Program-made: the position numbers and the translations under genes
In this document: positions 1-14,018 of the stretch, one piece after another
Position numbering within the stretch: the first letter of the stretch is position 1
Layout of the letters: each line of letters starts with the position of its first letter
DNA from: Escherichia coli O157:H7
Lineage (GTDB): Bacteria > Pseudomonadota > Gammaproteobacteria > Enterobacterales > Enterobacteriaceae
Reading direction: 5' to 3' (one strand)
NCBI RefSeq assembly: GCF_013167455.1
Contig: NZ_CP038328.1
DNA length: 64,000 nucleotides
The notes under the pieces: generated by a model
The model's input: the letters and a program-made list of their open reading frames with translations, nothing else
Told to the model about the DNA's origin: nothing
Database searches by the model: none

Positions 1-1
1 G

Positions 2-763
2 GCTATCGTATTGATTGTGCGTTCGTTTATTTATGAACCGTTCCAGATTCCGTCAGGTTCGATGATGCCGACTCTGTTAATCGGTGATTTTATTCTGGTA
101 GAGAAGTTTGCTTATGGCATTAAAGATCCTATCTACCAGAAAACGCTGATCGAAACCGGTCATCCGAAACGCGGCGATATCGTGGTCTTTAAATATCCGG
201 AAGATCCAAAGCTTGATTATATCAAGCGCGCGGTGGGTTTACCGGGCGATAAAGTCACTTACGATCCGGTCTCAAAAGAGCTGACGATTCAACCGGGATG
301 CAGTTCCGGCCAGGCGTGTGAAAACGCGCTGCCGGTCACCTACTCAAACGTGGAACCGAGCGATTTCGTTCAGACCTTCTCACGCCGTAATGGTGGGGAA
401 GCGACCAGCGGATTCTTTGAAGTGCCGAAAAACGAAACCAAAGAAAATGGAATTCGTCTTTCCGAGCGTAAAGAGACACTGGGTGATGTGACGCACCGCA
501 TTCTGACAGTGCCGATTGCGCAGGATCAGGTGGGGATGTATTACCAGCAGCCAGGGCAACAACTGGCAACCTGGATTGTTCCTCCGGGACAATACTTCAT
601 GATGGGCGACAACCGCGACAACAGCGCGGACAGCCGTTACTGGGGCTTTGTGCCTGAAGCGAATCTGGTCGGTCGGGCAACGGCTATCTGGATGAGCTTC
701 GATAAGCAAGAAGGCGAATGGCCGACAGGTGTGCGCTTAAGTCGCATTGGCGGCATCCATTAA
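2..763 (+). CDS. lepB: Signal peptidase I, C-terminal part (5' end lies outside the window)
   Basis: Open frame from the window edge; catalytic-domain sequence recognised as LepB; followed by rnc-era as in the lepB-rnc-era operon. Confidence 0.9.
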   Translation, partial: AIVLIVRSFIYEPFQIPSGSMMPTLLIGDFILVEKFAYGIKDPIYQKTLIETGHPKRGDIVVFKYPEDPKLDYIKRAVGLPGDKVTYDPVSKELTIQPGCSSGQACENALPVTYSNVEPSDFVQTFSRRNGGEATSGFFEVPKNETKENGIRLSERKETLGDVTHRILTVPIAQDQVGMYYQQPGQQLATWIVPPGQYFMMGDNRDNSADSRYWGFVPEANLVGRATAIWMSFDKQEGEWPTGVRLSRIGGIH

Positions 764-776
764 TAGCTCATCTTCG

Positions 777-815
777 TTCACGTTGTCGCCGTTATGGCGA
801 CAACGTGAATTATTT
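777..815 (+). terminator. Hairpin after lepB (13-bp perfect inverted repeat TTCACGTTGTCGCC / GGCGACAACGTGAA, then a T-rich tail)
   Basis: Inverted repeat read directly in the sequence, immediately 3' of the lepB stop. Confidence 0.55.
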
Positions 816-904
816 ATGAGATAAATCTCCCGTGGCTAACGACATCCCCCGTCGTTGTGTATAGAATATTCCCCCGAAGTTTAAGGTTGGCACCTCCAGG
901 TTGC

Positions 905-1005
905 CACGGCACACGAAACAGCGTTGGTCCCCATATACCGCTAAACTGAAACTGCAGCGAAGCAGTTAGCAGAGCCATGTATATCAGGTCTGTTTCGTGT
1001 GCTGA
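905..1005 (+). promoter_or_regulatory. rnc leader stem-loop (rncO-like RNase III autoregulatory structure)
   Basis: Long-range inverted repeat GCACACGAAACAGC (about 909-922) with CTGTTTCGTGTGC (about 989-1002) in the rnc 5' UTR; RNase III is known to cleave its own leader. Confidence 0.55.
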
Positions 1006-2618
<1,613 letters not shown>

Positions 2619-2629
2619 GAGTAACTCCG

Positions 2630-3358
2630 ATGGAAGGCTGGCAGCGCGCATTTGTCCTGCATAGTCGCCCGTGGAGCGAAACCAGCCTGATGCTGGACGT
2701 CTTCACGGAGGAATCGGGTCGCGTGCGTCTGGTTGCCAAAGGCGCACGCTCTAAACGCTCTACCCTGAAAGGTGCATTACAGCCTTTCACCCCTCTCTTG
2801 CTACGTTTTGGCGGGCGTGGCGAAGTCAAAACGCTGCGCAGTGCTGAAGCTGTCTCGCTGGCGCTGCCATTAAGCGGTATCACGCTTTACAGCGGTCTGT
2901 ACATCAACGAACTTCTCTCCCGCGTACTGGAATACGAGACGCGCTTCTCTGAACTCTTTTTCGATTACTTGCACTGCATTCAGTCTCTTGCAGGGGTCAC
3001 TGGTACGCCAGAACCCGCGCTGCGCCGCTTTGAACTGGCACTGCTCGGGCATCTGGGTTATGGCGTCAATTTTACCCATTGTGCGGGTAGCGGCGAGCCG
3101 GTAGATGACACCATGACGTATCGTTATCGCGAAGAAAAAGGGTTTATCGCAAGCGTCGTTATCGACAATAAAACGTTCACCGGAAGGCAGTTAAAAGCGT
3201 TAAACGCACGGGAATTTCCTGACGCAGACACACTGCGCGCCGCGAAACGCTTTACCCGCATGGCGCTTAAGCCGTATCTTGGCGGTAAACCTTTAAAGAG
3301 CAGGGAACTGTTCCGGCAATTTATGCCTAAGCGAACGGTGAAAACACATTATGAATGA
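2630..3358 (+). CDS. recO: DNA repair protein RecO
   Basis: 242-aa ORF recognised as RecO; position after era. Confidence 0.94.
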   Translation: MEGWQRAFVLHSRPWSETSLMLDVFTEESGRVRLVAKGARSKRSTLKGALQPFTPLLLRFGGRGEVKTLRSAEAVSLALPLSGITLYSGLYINELLSRVLEYETRFSELFFDYLHCIQSLAGVTGTPEPALRRFELALLGHLGYGVNFTHCAGSGEPVDDTMTYRYREEKGFIASVVIDNKTFTGRQLKALNAREFPDADTLRAAKRFTRMALKPYLGGKPLKSRELFRQFMPKRTVKTHYE

Positions 3359-3369
3359 TGAGGATTGTC

Positions 3370-4101
3370 ATGGCTGAATTACTGTTAGGCGTCAACATTG
3401 ACCATATCGCTACGCTGCGCAACGCGCGCGGTACCGCTTACCCGGATCCGGTGCAGGCCGCGTTTATTGCCGAGCAGGCGGGGGCGGACGGCATTACCGT
3501 GCATTTACGTGAAGATCGCCGCCACATTACTGACCGCGATGTGCGCATCCTGCGTCAGACGCTGGATACCCGCATGAATCTGGAGATGGCGGTGACCGAA
3601 GAGATGCTGGCGATCGCGGTTGAGACGAAGCCGCATTTTTGCTGCCTGGTACCAGAAAAGCGTCAGGAAGTAACAACCGAAGGCGGCCTGGACGTTGCAG
3701 GGCAGCGTGACAAAATGCGCGATGCCTGCAAACGTCTGGCGGATGCCGGGATTCAGGTTTCTCTGTTTATCGACGCCGATGAAGAGCAGATCAAAGCTGC
3801 GGCAGAGGTTGGCGCACCGTTTATCGAGATCCACACCGGTTGCTATGCTGATGCCAAAACTGACGCCGAACAGGCGCAAGAGCTGGCGCGTATCGCCAAA
3901 GCCGCGACCTTTGCCGCTAGTCTCGGTTTGAAAGTTAACGCCGGACACGGTCTGACCTATCACAACGTAAAAGCCATTGCCGCCATCCCTGAGATGCACG
4001 AACTGAATATCGGTCATGCCATTATTGGTCGTGCAGTGATGACCGGACTGAAAGATGCGGTGGCAGAAATGAAGCGCCTGATGCTGGAAGCGCGTGGCTA
4101 A
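3370..4101 (+). CDS. pdxJ: Pyridoxine 5'-phosphate synthase
   Basis: 243-aa product from the internal ATG ([21 protein letters not shown]); the longest ORF starts at 3355. Confidence 0.93.
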
Positions 4102-4481
4102 TGGCAATATTAGGTTTAGGCACGGATATCGTAGAGATCGCTCGCATAGAAGCAGTGATCGCCCGATCCGGTGAGCGCCTGGCACGCCGCGTATTAAGCG
4201 ATAACGAATGGGAAATTTGGAAAACGCACCACCAGCCGGTGCGTTTTCTGGCGAAACGCTTTGCCGTAAAAGAAGCCGCAGCAAAAGCGTTTGGCACCGG
4301 GATCCGCAATGGTCTGGCGTTTAATCAGTTTGAAGTATTTAACGATGAGCTTGGTAAGCCACGGCTGCGACTGTGGGGCGAGGCATTAAAACTGGCGGAA
4401 AAGCTGGGCGTTGCAAATATGCATGTGACGCTGGCCGATGAGCGCCACTATGCTTGTGCCACGGTAATTATTGAAAGTTAA
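4101..4481 (+). CDS. acpS: Holo-[acyl-carrier-protein] synthase
   Basis: 126-aa ORF whose start overlaps the pdxJ stop by 1 nt; sequence recognised as AcpS. Confidence 0.95.
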
Positions 4482-4504
4482 AAATAATACCGTTCTCTTT
4501 ATAA

Positions 4505-4580
4505 AGTAAAACCCCCGAACTGGTAAGGAACGGGGGTTTTACTTTTTAACTTTAATTTTGTGCAGCACACGATTCCAACG
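4505..4580 (-). ncRNA. ohsC: Candidate OhsC antitoxin sRNA, divergent from shoB
   Basis: Minus-strand CATAAT -10 element at 4587-4592; the transcript would contain the 19-nt element at 4560-4578 and end at the 4508-4547 terminator; known shoB/ohsC layout. Confidence 0.45.
4508..4547. terminator. Bidirectional rho-independent terminator (AAAACCCCCG / CGGGGGTTTT with T-runs on both sides)
   Basis: Perfect 10-bp stem read in the sequence; serves acpS on + and the candidate ohsC transcript on -. Confidence 0.7.
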
Positions 4581-4902
4581 AAAATGATTATGGATCAATT
4601 TCGTTGACCTGTACAAGCAACTTGCAATCTCTGACATAAAAAACGCGAGCCTTTACGAAGAAATCGACATTGATGAAAAGATTAACGTGACCGCTTTTTG
4701 ATAAGTACATTAAAATCGGTTTCGTTATTGGCAATTTTGCTGTGCTTTACACCATGCCACTGAATTCCCCCATTGAAACGAGTGGTGTCGTCAAAGCTCT
4801 GGTGTGGAGTGCAGCACTCGATTCCAATAACTCGCACGTTCAGTTTTGGGGAGATGTAAGGGCTAATCTGAACGGCTGCATTCCTTGTTTAAGGAAAAAC
4901 GA

Positions 4903-4983
4903 ATGACTGATTGCCGATACCTGATTAAACGGGTCATCAAAATCATCATTGCTGTTTTACAGCTGATCCTTCTGTTCTTATAA
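4903..4983 (+). CDS. shoB: Type I toxin ShoB (26-aa hydrophobic peptide MTDCRYLIKRVIKIIIAVLQLILLFL)
   Basis: ORF below the 60-aa track cutoff, read by hand; AAGGA Shine-Dalgarno 7 nt upstream; peptide recognised as ShoB; lies between acpS and yfhL as in K-12. Confidence 0.8.
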   Translation: MTDCRYLIKRVIKIIIAVLQLILLFL

Positions 4984-5005
4984 CACAAGGAAACGTACTT
5001 AAGGT

Positions 5006-5035
5006 GCGTCCGGTGAACCAATCGGACGCGCCTTT
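5006..5035 (+). terminator. Hairpin after shoB (GCGTCCG / CGGACGC)
   Basis: 7-bp inverted repeat 23 nt after the shoB stop. Confidence 0.45.
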
Positions 5036-5176
5036 AATAACTATAAATAAGTGTCTGGGCAGATACTATATAAATTAACTTAGTGAATTATTATGCTAAT
5101 GTCATCAATTAAATAAATATAATGGCGTTAAGGCTTCCCAGTAAAATAATTAATACTCTACTTCCAGAGTAGAATA

Positions 5177-5473
<297 letters not shown>

Positions 5474-5492
5474 TTATACGCGCATTCTTTAC

Positions 5493-6341
5493 TCAGACCA
5501 GTTTTTTCACCAGCGCTTCACTATGACGAATACGTTCTGGTGCCAGTTCCAGATCCTGCTGAATCAGCGCAATGAACAGCAAATCCGTTAACATTCCCTG
5601 CGCGTGACAAGCAGAGATTGAAGCACTGTTTGTCGCTTGTTCTTCGGCAATGGTATACAGGCAATGAGAAGCACGCTGTTGCAGGGCATTGGGAGTAAAG
5701 CCGGTAATCGCCAGCACTTTTCCGCCCACTCGCAGCATCTCATCTGCCGCCAGGTTTAACTCGCGTCGTACACCGGTGTAAGAAATGGCTAATAACAGAT
5801 CGTCAGGGGACGACGCCTGTACGGTAGCGAGTAGCGCATGCATATCGCGCACTGCGGCAGCATTGAAGCCAATCTTCATCAGCTTCCAGGCAAAGTTTTG
5901 CGCCACCAGACCCGAAGCGCCAATACCGGTCAGAATTATCCGCCGCGCAGAGCGCAACATTGTTACGCATTCATGCAGTTTCTCTTCACTATTAACGTTT
6001 AGCGTTGCGTACATAGCGGCAGTATTTTCTTTAATCAGTTTTTCGCCGACCAGCCGTAACGGATCATCACCGCGGATTTGGTTATGAATGGGCACTGAGG
6101 GCGATTCCGGCTGGCTTGCCAGCGCTTCACTCAACGCCAACTTAAGCGCCGGAAAACCTTTATAGCCGAGTTTTTGCGCGAACTTCACGACGCTGGACTG
6201 ACTGACTCCGGCTTCGTTGGCCAGTTGCTGAGAGCTTAAATGGCGCGCCGTATCAGGTTGTAGCAGCAGATAATCCGCCAGTTTTTTATCACTCTGGGCA
6301 AGCCCCTGGTAACGCTGACGGATACGAAGTAAGCCGTTCAT
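5493..6341 (-). CDS. yfhH: RpiR/SIS-family transcriptional regulator
   Basis: 282-aa product from the internal ATG with an AGGAAAG Shine-Dalgarno; N-terminal HTH and C-terminal SIS-like region. Confidence 0.88.
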   Translation of the reverse strand: MNGLLRIRQRYQGLAQSDKKLADYLLLQPDTARHLSSQQLANEAGVSQSSVVKFAQKLGYKGFPALKLALSEALASQPESPSVPIHNQIRGDDPLRLVGEKLIKENTAAMYATLNVNSEEKLHECVTMLRSARRIILTGIGASGLVAQNFAWKLMKIGFNAAAVRDMHALLATVQASSPDDLLLAISYTGVRRELNLAADEMLRVGGKVLAITGFTPNALQQRASHCLYTIAEEQATNSASISACHAQGMLTDLLFIALIQQDLELAPERIRHSEALVKKLV

Positions 6342-6549
6342 ATCTTTCCTCGCGATGAAATAGTGGCGACAACAGGCAATATGAGACACACGCGAGTGAA
6401 TTTTATATTCCATTGCCGCTAATTGCCATGAATTAAAAATTCCAGTTAGCCATGATGCGGTCGATTGTTGCCGGAAAAGTGATGATCTATCTGTTAGGCT
6501 ATGTAGTAGCGAAAATTAATCAGGATGTTTCAGTCCAGAGGAGTATGGT

Positions 6550-7185
6550 TTGGCAACTCACGAGCGTCGTGTGGTGTTTTTTGACTTAGATGGAACATTG
6601 CATCAGCAGGATATGTTCGGCAGTTTTCTGCGCTATTTACTGCGTCGCCAACCGCTGAATGCGTTACTTGTCCTGCCGTTGTTGCCGATTATAGCCATTG
6701 CGTTATTGATAAAAGGTCGTGCGGCACGCTGGCCGATGAGTCTGCTTCTGTGGGGATGCACCTTTGGTCACAGCGAAGCACGTTTACAGGCGTTGCAGGC
6801 CGATTTCGTACGCTGGTTTCGTGACAATGTTACCGCCTTTCCGCTGGTTCAGGAGCGATTAACCACCTACCTGTTAAGTTCCGATGCTGATATCTGGTTG
6901 ATTACCGGTTCTCCACAGCCGCTGGTTGAAGCGGTCTATTTCGATACACCCTGGCTGCCGCGGGTGAATCTTATCGCCAGCCAAATTCAGCGTGGCTATG
7001 GTGGTTGGGTATTGACGATGCGTTGCCTCGGGCATGAAAAGGTCGCGCAACTGGAGCGCAAAATCGGCACGCCGCTGCGGCTGTACAGTGGCTATAGCGA
7101 CAGTAATCAGGACAACCCGCTGCTTTACTTTTGCCAGCATCGCTGGCGAGTAACCCCGCGCGGTGAACTCCAGCAACTGGAATAG
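6550..7185 (+). CDS. pgpC: Phosphatidylglycerophosphatase C
   Basis: 211-aa ORF with a TTG start and GGAG 8 nt upstream; HAD-like DLDGTL motif. Confidence 0.88.
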   Translation: MATHERRVVFFDLDGTLHQQDMFGSFLRYLLRRQPLNALLVLPLLPIIAIALLIKGRAARWPMSLLLWGCTFGHSEARLQALQADFVRWFRDNVTAFPLVQERLTTYLLSSDADIWLITGSPQPLVEAVYFDTPWLPRVNLIASQIQRGYGGWVLTMRCLGHEKVAQLERKIGTPLRLYSGYSDSNQDNPLLYFCQHRWRVTPRGELQQLE

Positions 7186-7197
7186 AGTAAAGCATAG

Positions 7198-9299
<2,102 letters not shown>

Positions 9300-9464
9300 T
9301 TAGTTAATTCTCTGTGTCGTGCGCGTCCCAGCTTGAAAAAATGTAATAATAGTGAAAGGTTTACTCATAAATGAGCGGCATTTTGCGTAAACCTGCGCCA
9401 GATGGCAACTTATTACAGCCATTGGCGGCACGCGTTGCTAATTCACGATGGTGATTTTATTTCC

Positions 9465-9480
9465 ACGCAAACGGTTTCGT
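9465..9480 (+). promoter_or_regulatory. PurR operator (ACGCAAACGGTTTCGT) in the purL leader
   Basis: 16-bp near-palindrome matching the PurR box consensus ACGCAAACGTTTTCTT, about 75 nt upstream of the purL start. Confidence 0.6.
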
Positions 9481-9555
9481 CAGCGCATCAGATTCTTTAT
9501 AATGACGCCCGTTTCCCCCCTTGGGTACACCGAAAGCTTAGAAGACGAGAGACTT

Positions 9556-12500
9556 ATGATGGAAATTCTGCGTGGTTCGCCTGCACTGTCGGCATTCCGA
9601 ATCAACAAACTGCTGGCACGTTTTCAGGCTGCCAGGCTCCCGGTTCACAATATTTACGCCGAGTATGTCCATTTTGCTGACCTCAATGCGCCGTTAAACG
9701 ATGATGAGCACGCACAACTTGAACGCCTGCTGAAATATGGCCCGGCACTCGCCAGCCACGCCCCGCAAGGCAAACTCCTGCTGGTGACCCCGCGTCCTGG
9801 CACCATCTCTCCCTGGTCTTCGAAAGCGACCGATATTGCTCATAACTGCGGGCTACAACAGGTAAACCGCCTTGAGCGCGGCGTTGCTTACTATATAGAA
9901 GCCGGTACGCTGACCAATGAACAATGGCAGCAGGTTACCGCTGAACTGCACGACCGCATGATGGAAACGGTCTTTTTTGCTTTAGATGATGCAGAGCAGT
10001 TGTTTGCCCACCATCAACCGACTCCGGTTACCAGCGTTGATTTGCTGGGGCAGGGCCGTCAGGCGCTGATCGACGCTAACCTGCGTCTTGGCCTGGCTCT
10101 GGCGGAAGATGAAATTGACTATCTGCAGGATGCTTTCACAAAGCTTGGTCGTAACCCGAACGACATCGAGCTGTATATGTTCGCTCAGGCGAACTCTGAG
10201 CACTGCCGCCACAAAATTTTTAATGCCGACTGGATTATCGACGGTGAACAGCAGCCGAAATCGCTGTTCAAGATGATCAAAAATACTTTCGAAACCACGC
10301 CAGATCACGTTCTCTCTGCTTATAAAGATAACGCCGCCGTAATGGAAGGTTCTGAAGTGGGCCGCTACTTTGCTGACCACGAAACGGGCCGCTACGATTT
10401 CCATCAGGAACCGGCGCATATTCTGATGAAAGTCGAAACTCACAACCACCCGACGGCGATTTCTCCGTGGCCGGGCGCGGCGACCGGTTCCGGCGGTGAA
10501 ATCCGCGATGAAGGTGCCACCGGGCGCGGCGCGAAGCCGAAAGCGGGTTTGGTTGGTTTCTCCGTTTCCAACCTGCGAATTCCTGGCTTCGAACAGCCGT
10601 GGGAAGAAGATTTCGGTAAGCCTGAGCGCATTGTCACCGCGCTGGACATCATGACCGAAGGCCCGCTGGGCGGCGCGGCGTTTAACAACGAATTTGGTCG
10701 TCCGGCACTGAATGGCTACTTCCGTACTTATGAAGAAAAAGTGAACAGCCACAACGGCGAAGAGCTGCGCGGTTATCACAAACCGATCATGCTGGCGGGC
10801 GGGATCGGCAACATTCGCGCCGATCACGTACAAAAAGGCGAGATCAACGTCGGTGCGAAACTGGTCGTTCTCGGCGGCCCGGCAATGAACATCGGTCTTG
10901 GCGGCGGAGCGGCGTCTTCCATGGCGTCAGGTCAGTCTGATGCCGACCTCGACTTTGCTTCCGTACAGCGCGACAACCCGGAGATGGAGCGTCGCTGCCA
11001 GGAAGTGATCGACCGTTGCTGGCAGCTTGGTGATGCCAACCCAATCCTGTTTATCCACGACGTCGGCGCTGGCGGTCTTTCTAACGCGATGCCGGAACTG
11101 GTGAGCGACGGCGGGCGCGGCGGTAAATTTGAACTGCGCGATATTCTAAGCGACGAACCGGGCATGAGCCCGCTGGAAATCTGGTGTAACGAATCCCAGG
11201 AACGCTACGTGCTGGCGGTTGCTGCCGATCAATTACCGCTGTTTGACGAACTGTGTAAGCGTGAGCGCGCACCCTACGCGGTGATTGGTGAAGCGACCGA
11301 AGAACTGCATCTTTCTCTGCACGATCGTCATTTTGATAATCAGCCGATCGATCTGCCGCTGGACGTCCTGCTTGGTAAAACGCCGAAGATGACCCGCGAT
11401 GTACAAACGCTGAAAGCGAAGGGCGATGCGCTGGTCCGTGAAGGGATCACCATTGCAGACGCGGTGAAACGCGTACTGCATCTGCCGACCGTGGCGGAGA
11501 AAACTTTCCTGGTGACCATCGGTGACCGCAGCGTAACCGGCATGGTGGCGCGCGATCAGATGGTGGGGCCGTGGCAGGTGCCGGTCGCTAACTGCGCGGT
11601 CACTACCGCCAGCCTCGACAGCTACTACGGTGAAGCGATGGCGATTGGCGAGCGTGCGCCGGTTGCGCTGCTGGATTTCGCCGCCTCTGCCCGTCTGGCG
11701 GTCGGTGAAGCGTTAACCAATATTGCCGCAACACAGATTGGCGATATCAAACGCATTAAACTTTCCGCCAACTGGATGGCGGCGGCAGGCCACCCTGGTG
11801 AAGATGCGGGCCTGTATGAAGCCGTTAAAGCCGTGGGCGAAGAGCTTTGTCCGGCGCTGGGCCTGACGATCCCGGTGGGTAAAGACTCTATGTCGATGAA
11901 AACCCGCTGGCAGGAAGGTAACGAAGAGCGCGAAATGACGTCGCCGCTGTCGCTGGTGATTTCTGCATTTGCCCGCGTGGAAGATGTACGTCACACCATC
12001 ACGCCGCAGCTTTCTACCGAAGATAACGCACTGCTGCTGATTGATTTGGGCAAAGGCAATAACGCGCTGGGCGCAACGGCGCTGGCGCAGGTTTATCGTC
12101 AGCTTGGCGACAAACCGGCAGATGTACGCGATGTCGCGCAACTGAAAGGCTTCTATGACGCGATTCAGGCGCTGGTTGCACAGCGTAAGTTGCTGGCGTA
12201 TCACGACCGCTCTGATGGCGGTCTGCTGGTAACGCTGGCGGAAATGGCCTTTGCTGGTCATTGCGGCATTGACGCGGATATCGCCACTCTGGGTGACGAT
12301 CGCCTGGCGGCGTTGTTTAACGAAGAACTGGGTGCGGTCATTCAGGTTCGTGCCGCTGACCGTGAAGCGGTCGAGTCCGTACTGGCACAGCATGGGCTTG
12401 CTGATTGCGTCCATTATGTTGGGCAGGCGGTTTCCGGTGACCGTTTTGTGATTACCGCCAACGGGCAGACTGTATTCAGCGAAAGCCGCACTACGTTGCG

Positions 12501-13443
12501 TGTCTGGTGGGCAGAAACTACCTGGCAGATGCAGCGCCTGCGTGACAACCCGGAGTGTGCCGATCAGGAGCATCAGGCGAAATCAAACGACGCCGATCCG
12601 GGCCTGAATGTGAAACTGTCGTTTGATATCAACGAAGATGTGGCAGCACCGTATATTGCCACTGGCGCACGTCCGAAAGTTGCTGTGCTGCGTGAGCAGG
12701 GCGTGAACTCGCATGTTGAAATGGCGGCAGCTTTCCACCGTGCAGGCTTCGATGCTATCGACGTGCATATGAGCGACCTGCTGGCTGGACGCACGGGCCT
12801 GGAGGATTTCCACGCCCTGGTCGCGTGCGGTGGTTTCTCCTACGGTGATGTGCTGGGTGCCGGTGAAGGTTGGGCGAAGTCTATCCTGTTCAATGACCGT
12901 GTACGCGATGAGTTTGCAACCTTCTTCCACCGTCCGCAAACGCTGGCGCTGGGGGTATGTAACGGTTGCCAGATGATGTCTAATCTGCGTGAACTGATCC
13001 CAGGTAGTGAGTTGTGGCCACGTTTTGTGCGCAATACCTCCGATCGCTTTGAAGCGCGTTTCAGCTTGGTTGAAGTGACCCAAAGCCCGTCGCTGCTGTT
13101 GCAGGGGATGGTGGGCTCGCAAATGCCGATTGCTGTCTCTCATGGTGAAGGGCGCGTGGAAGTGCGTGATGCGGCGCATCTGGCGGCACTGGAAAGCAAA
13201 GGGCTGGTGGCACTGCGCTATGTCGATAACTTCGGCAAAGTCACTGAAACCTACCCGGCTAACCCGAACGGTTCTCCGAACGGTATTACGGCGGTCACGA
13301 CTGAAAGCGGTCGAGTCACCATTATGATGCCGCACCCGGAACGTGTTTTCCGTACTGTCAGCAACTCCTGGCATCCTGAAAACTGGGGCGAGGATGGCCC
13401 ATGGATGCGCATTTTCCGCAATGCACGTAAGCAGTTGGGGTAA
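9556..13443 (+). CDS. purL: Phosphoribosylformylglycinamidine synthase
   Basis: 1295-aa product from the internal ATG ([14 protein letters not shown]); the longest ORF begins at 9448. Confidence 0.96.
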
Positions 13444-13466
13444 GCCGTCAAACTCATTGGTTTTGC

Positions 13467-13498
13467 AGCCCGGATGAGGCATTCACGCCGCATCCGGC
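13467..13498. repeat. REP-like palindromic element
   Basis: GCCCGGATGAGGCATTCACGCCGCATCCGGC, the same motif family seen at 31177 and 49762. Confidence 0.5.
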
Positions 13499-13520
13499 AT
13501 TAAATACAACCGCTATTATA

Positions 13521-13546
13521 AGCTCCCAACTTCGGGAGCTTTTTTG
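13521..13546 (+). terminator. purL rho-independent terminator (AGCTCCC / GGGAGCT plus a T6 run)
   Basis: Hairpin and U-tract read in the sequence. Confidence 0.7.
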
Positions 13547-13579
13547 TGTCTGTAAATCACGACAATGGGTGGTTTACCG

Positions 13580-13660
13580 TGTCGCTTTCTGGCGACACTT
13601 AAATGATTGATTTTATTGTAATCTAATAAGTTTTTCTTAAGTTGTCTCTTTTTAGCGACA
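13580..13660 (+). promoter_or_regulatory. Two GlrR-type activator sites (TGTCGC-N6-GCGACA at 13580-13597; TGTCTC-N6-GCGACA at 13643-13660)
   Basis: Two palindromes upstream of the sigma-54 promoter of glmY; GlrR is the known activator of glmY. Confidence 0.55.
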
Positions 13661-13749
13661 CAGTGGCTGATTTACATTCAAATAGCGGGGAAGCCATAAA
13701 CCCCTCAAAGCAACGTATAATCAGTACGTTACCAAACTATTTTCTTTAT

Positions 13750-13765
13750 TGGCACAGTTACTGCA
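13750..13765 (+). promoter_or_regulatory. Sigma-54 promoter (TGGCAC-N5-CTGCA) for glmY
   Basis: -24 GG and -12 GC elements with the correct spacing, ending about 12 nt upstream of the glmY 5' end. Confidence 0.6.
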
Positions 13766-13776
13766 TAATAGTAATC

Positions 13777-13960
13777 AGTGGCTCATTCACCGACTTATGT
13801 CAGCCCCTTCGGGACGTGCTACATAAAATTCGAATGACGCACAACAAGGTGCCTGCCGTCCAACTTCTGATATCAGCGTAGCTATATCAACCATCGGGCG
13901 AAACGTCGAGTTAGGCACCGCCTTATTCCATAACAAAGCCGGGTAATTCCCGGCTTTGTT
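13777..13960 (+). ncRNA. glmY: GlmY small RNA
   Basis: Sequence AGTGGCTCATTCACCGACTTATGTCAGCCCCTTCGGGACG... recognised as GlmY; ends in the hairpin AAAGCCGGG/CCCGGCTTT plus U-tract; about 184 nt. Confidence 0.85.
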
Positions 13961-14018
13961 GTATCTGAACTTCCCCTCGGTTAGCATCAGGCTATTCGCG
14001 TCTGACGAGAGTAACACC

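Noticed and set aside
5036-5176. Terminator for yfhL in the AT-rich yfhL-shoB spacer
   Set aside because: Only a short imperfect stem (TACTC...GAGTA) was found; too weak to call.
9982-13482. Long minus-strand ORFs inside purL (9982..10833, 11713..12573, 12583..13482)
   Set aside because: They are antisense to a highly conserved gene, rich in Arg/Gln/His as expected for reverse frames of GC-rich coding DNA, and have no ribosome-binding sites; shadow ORFs.
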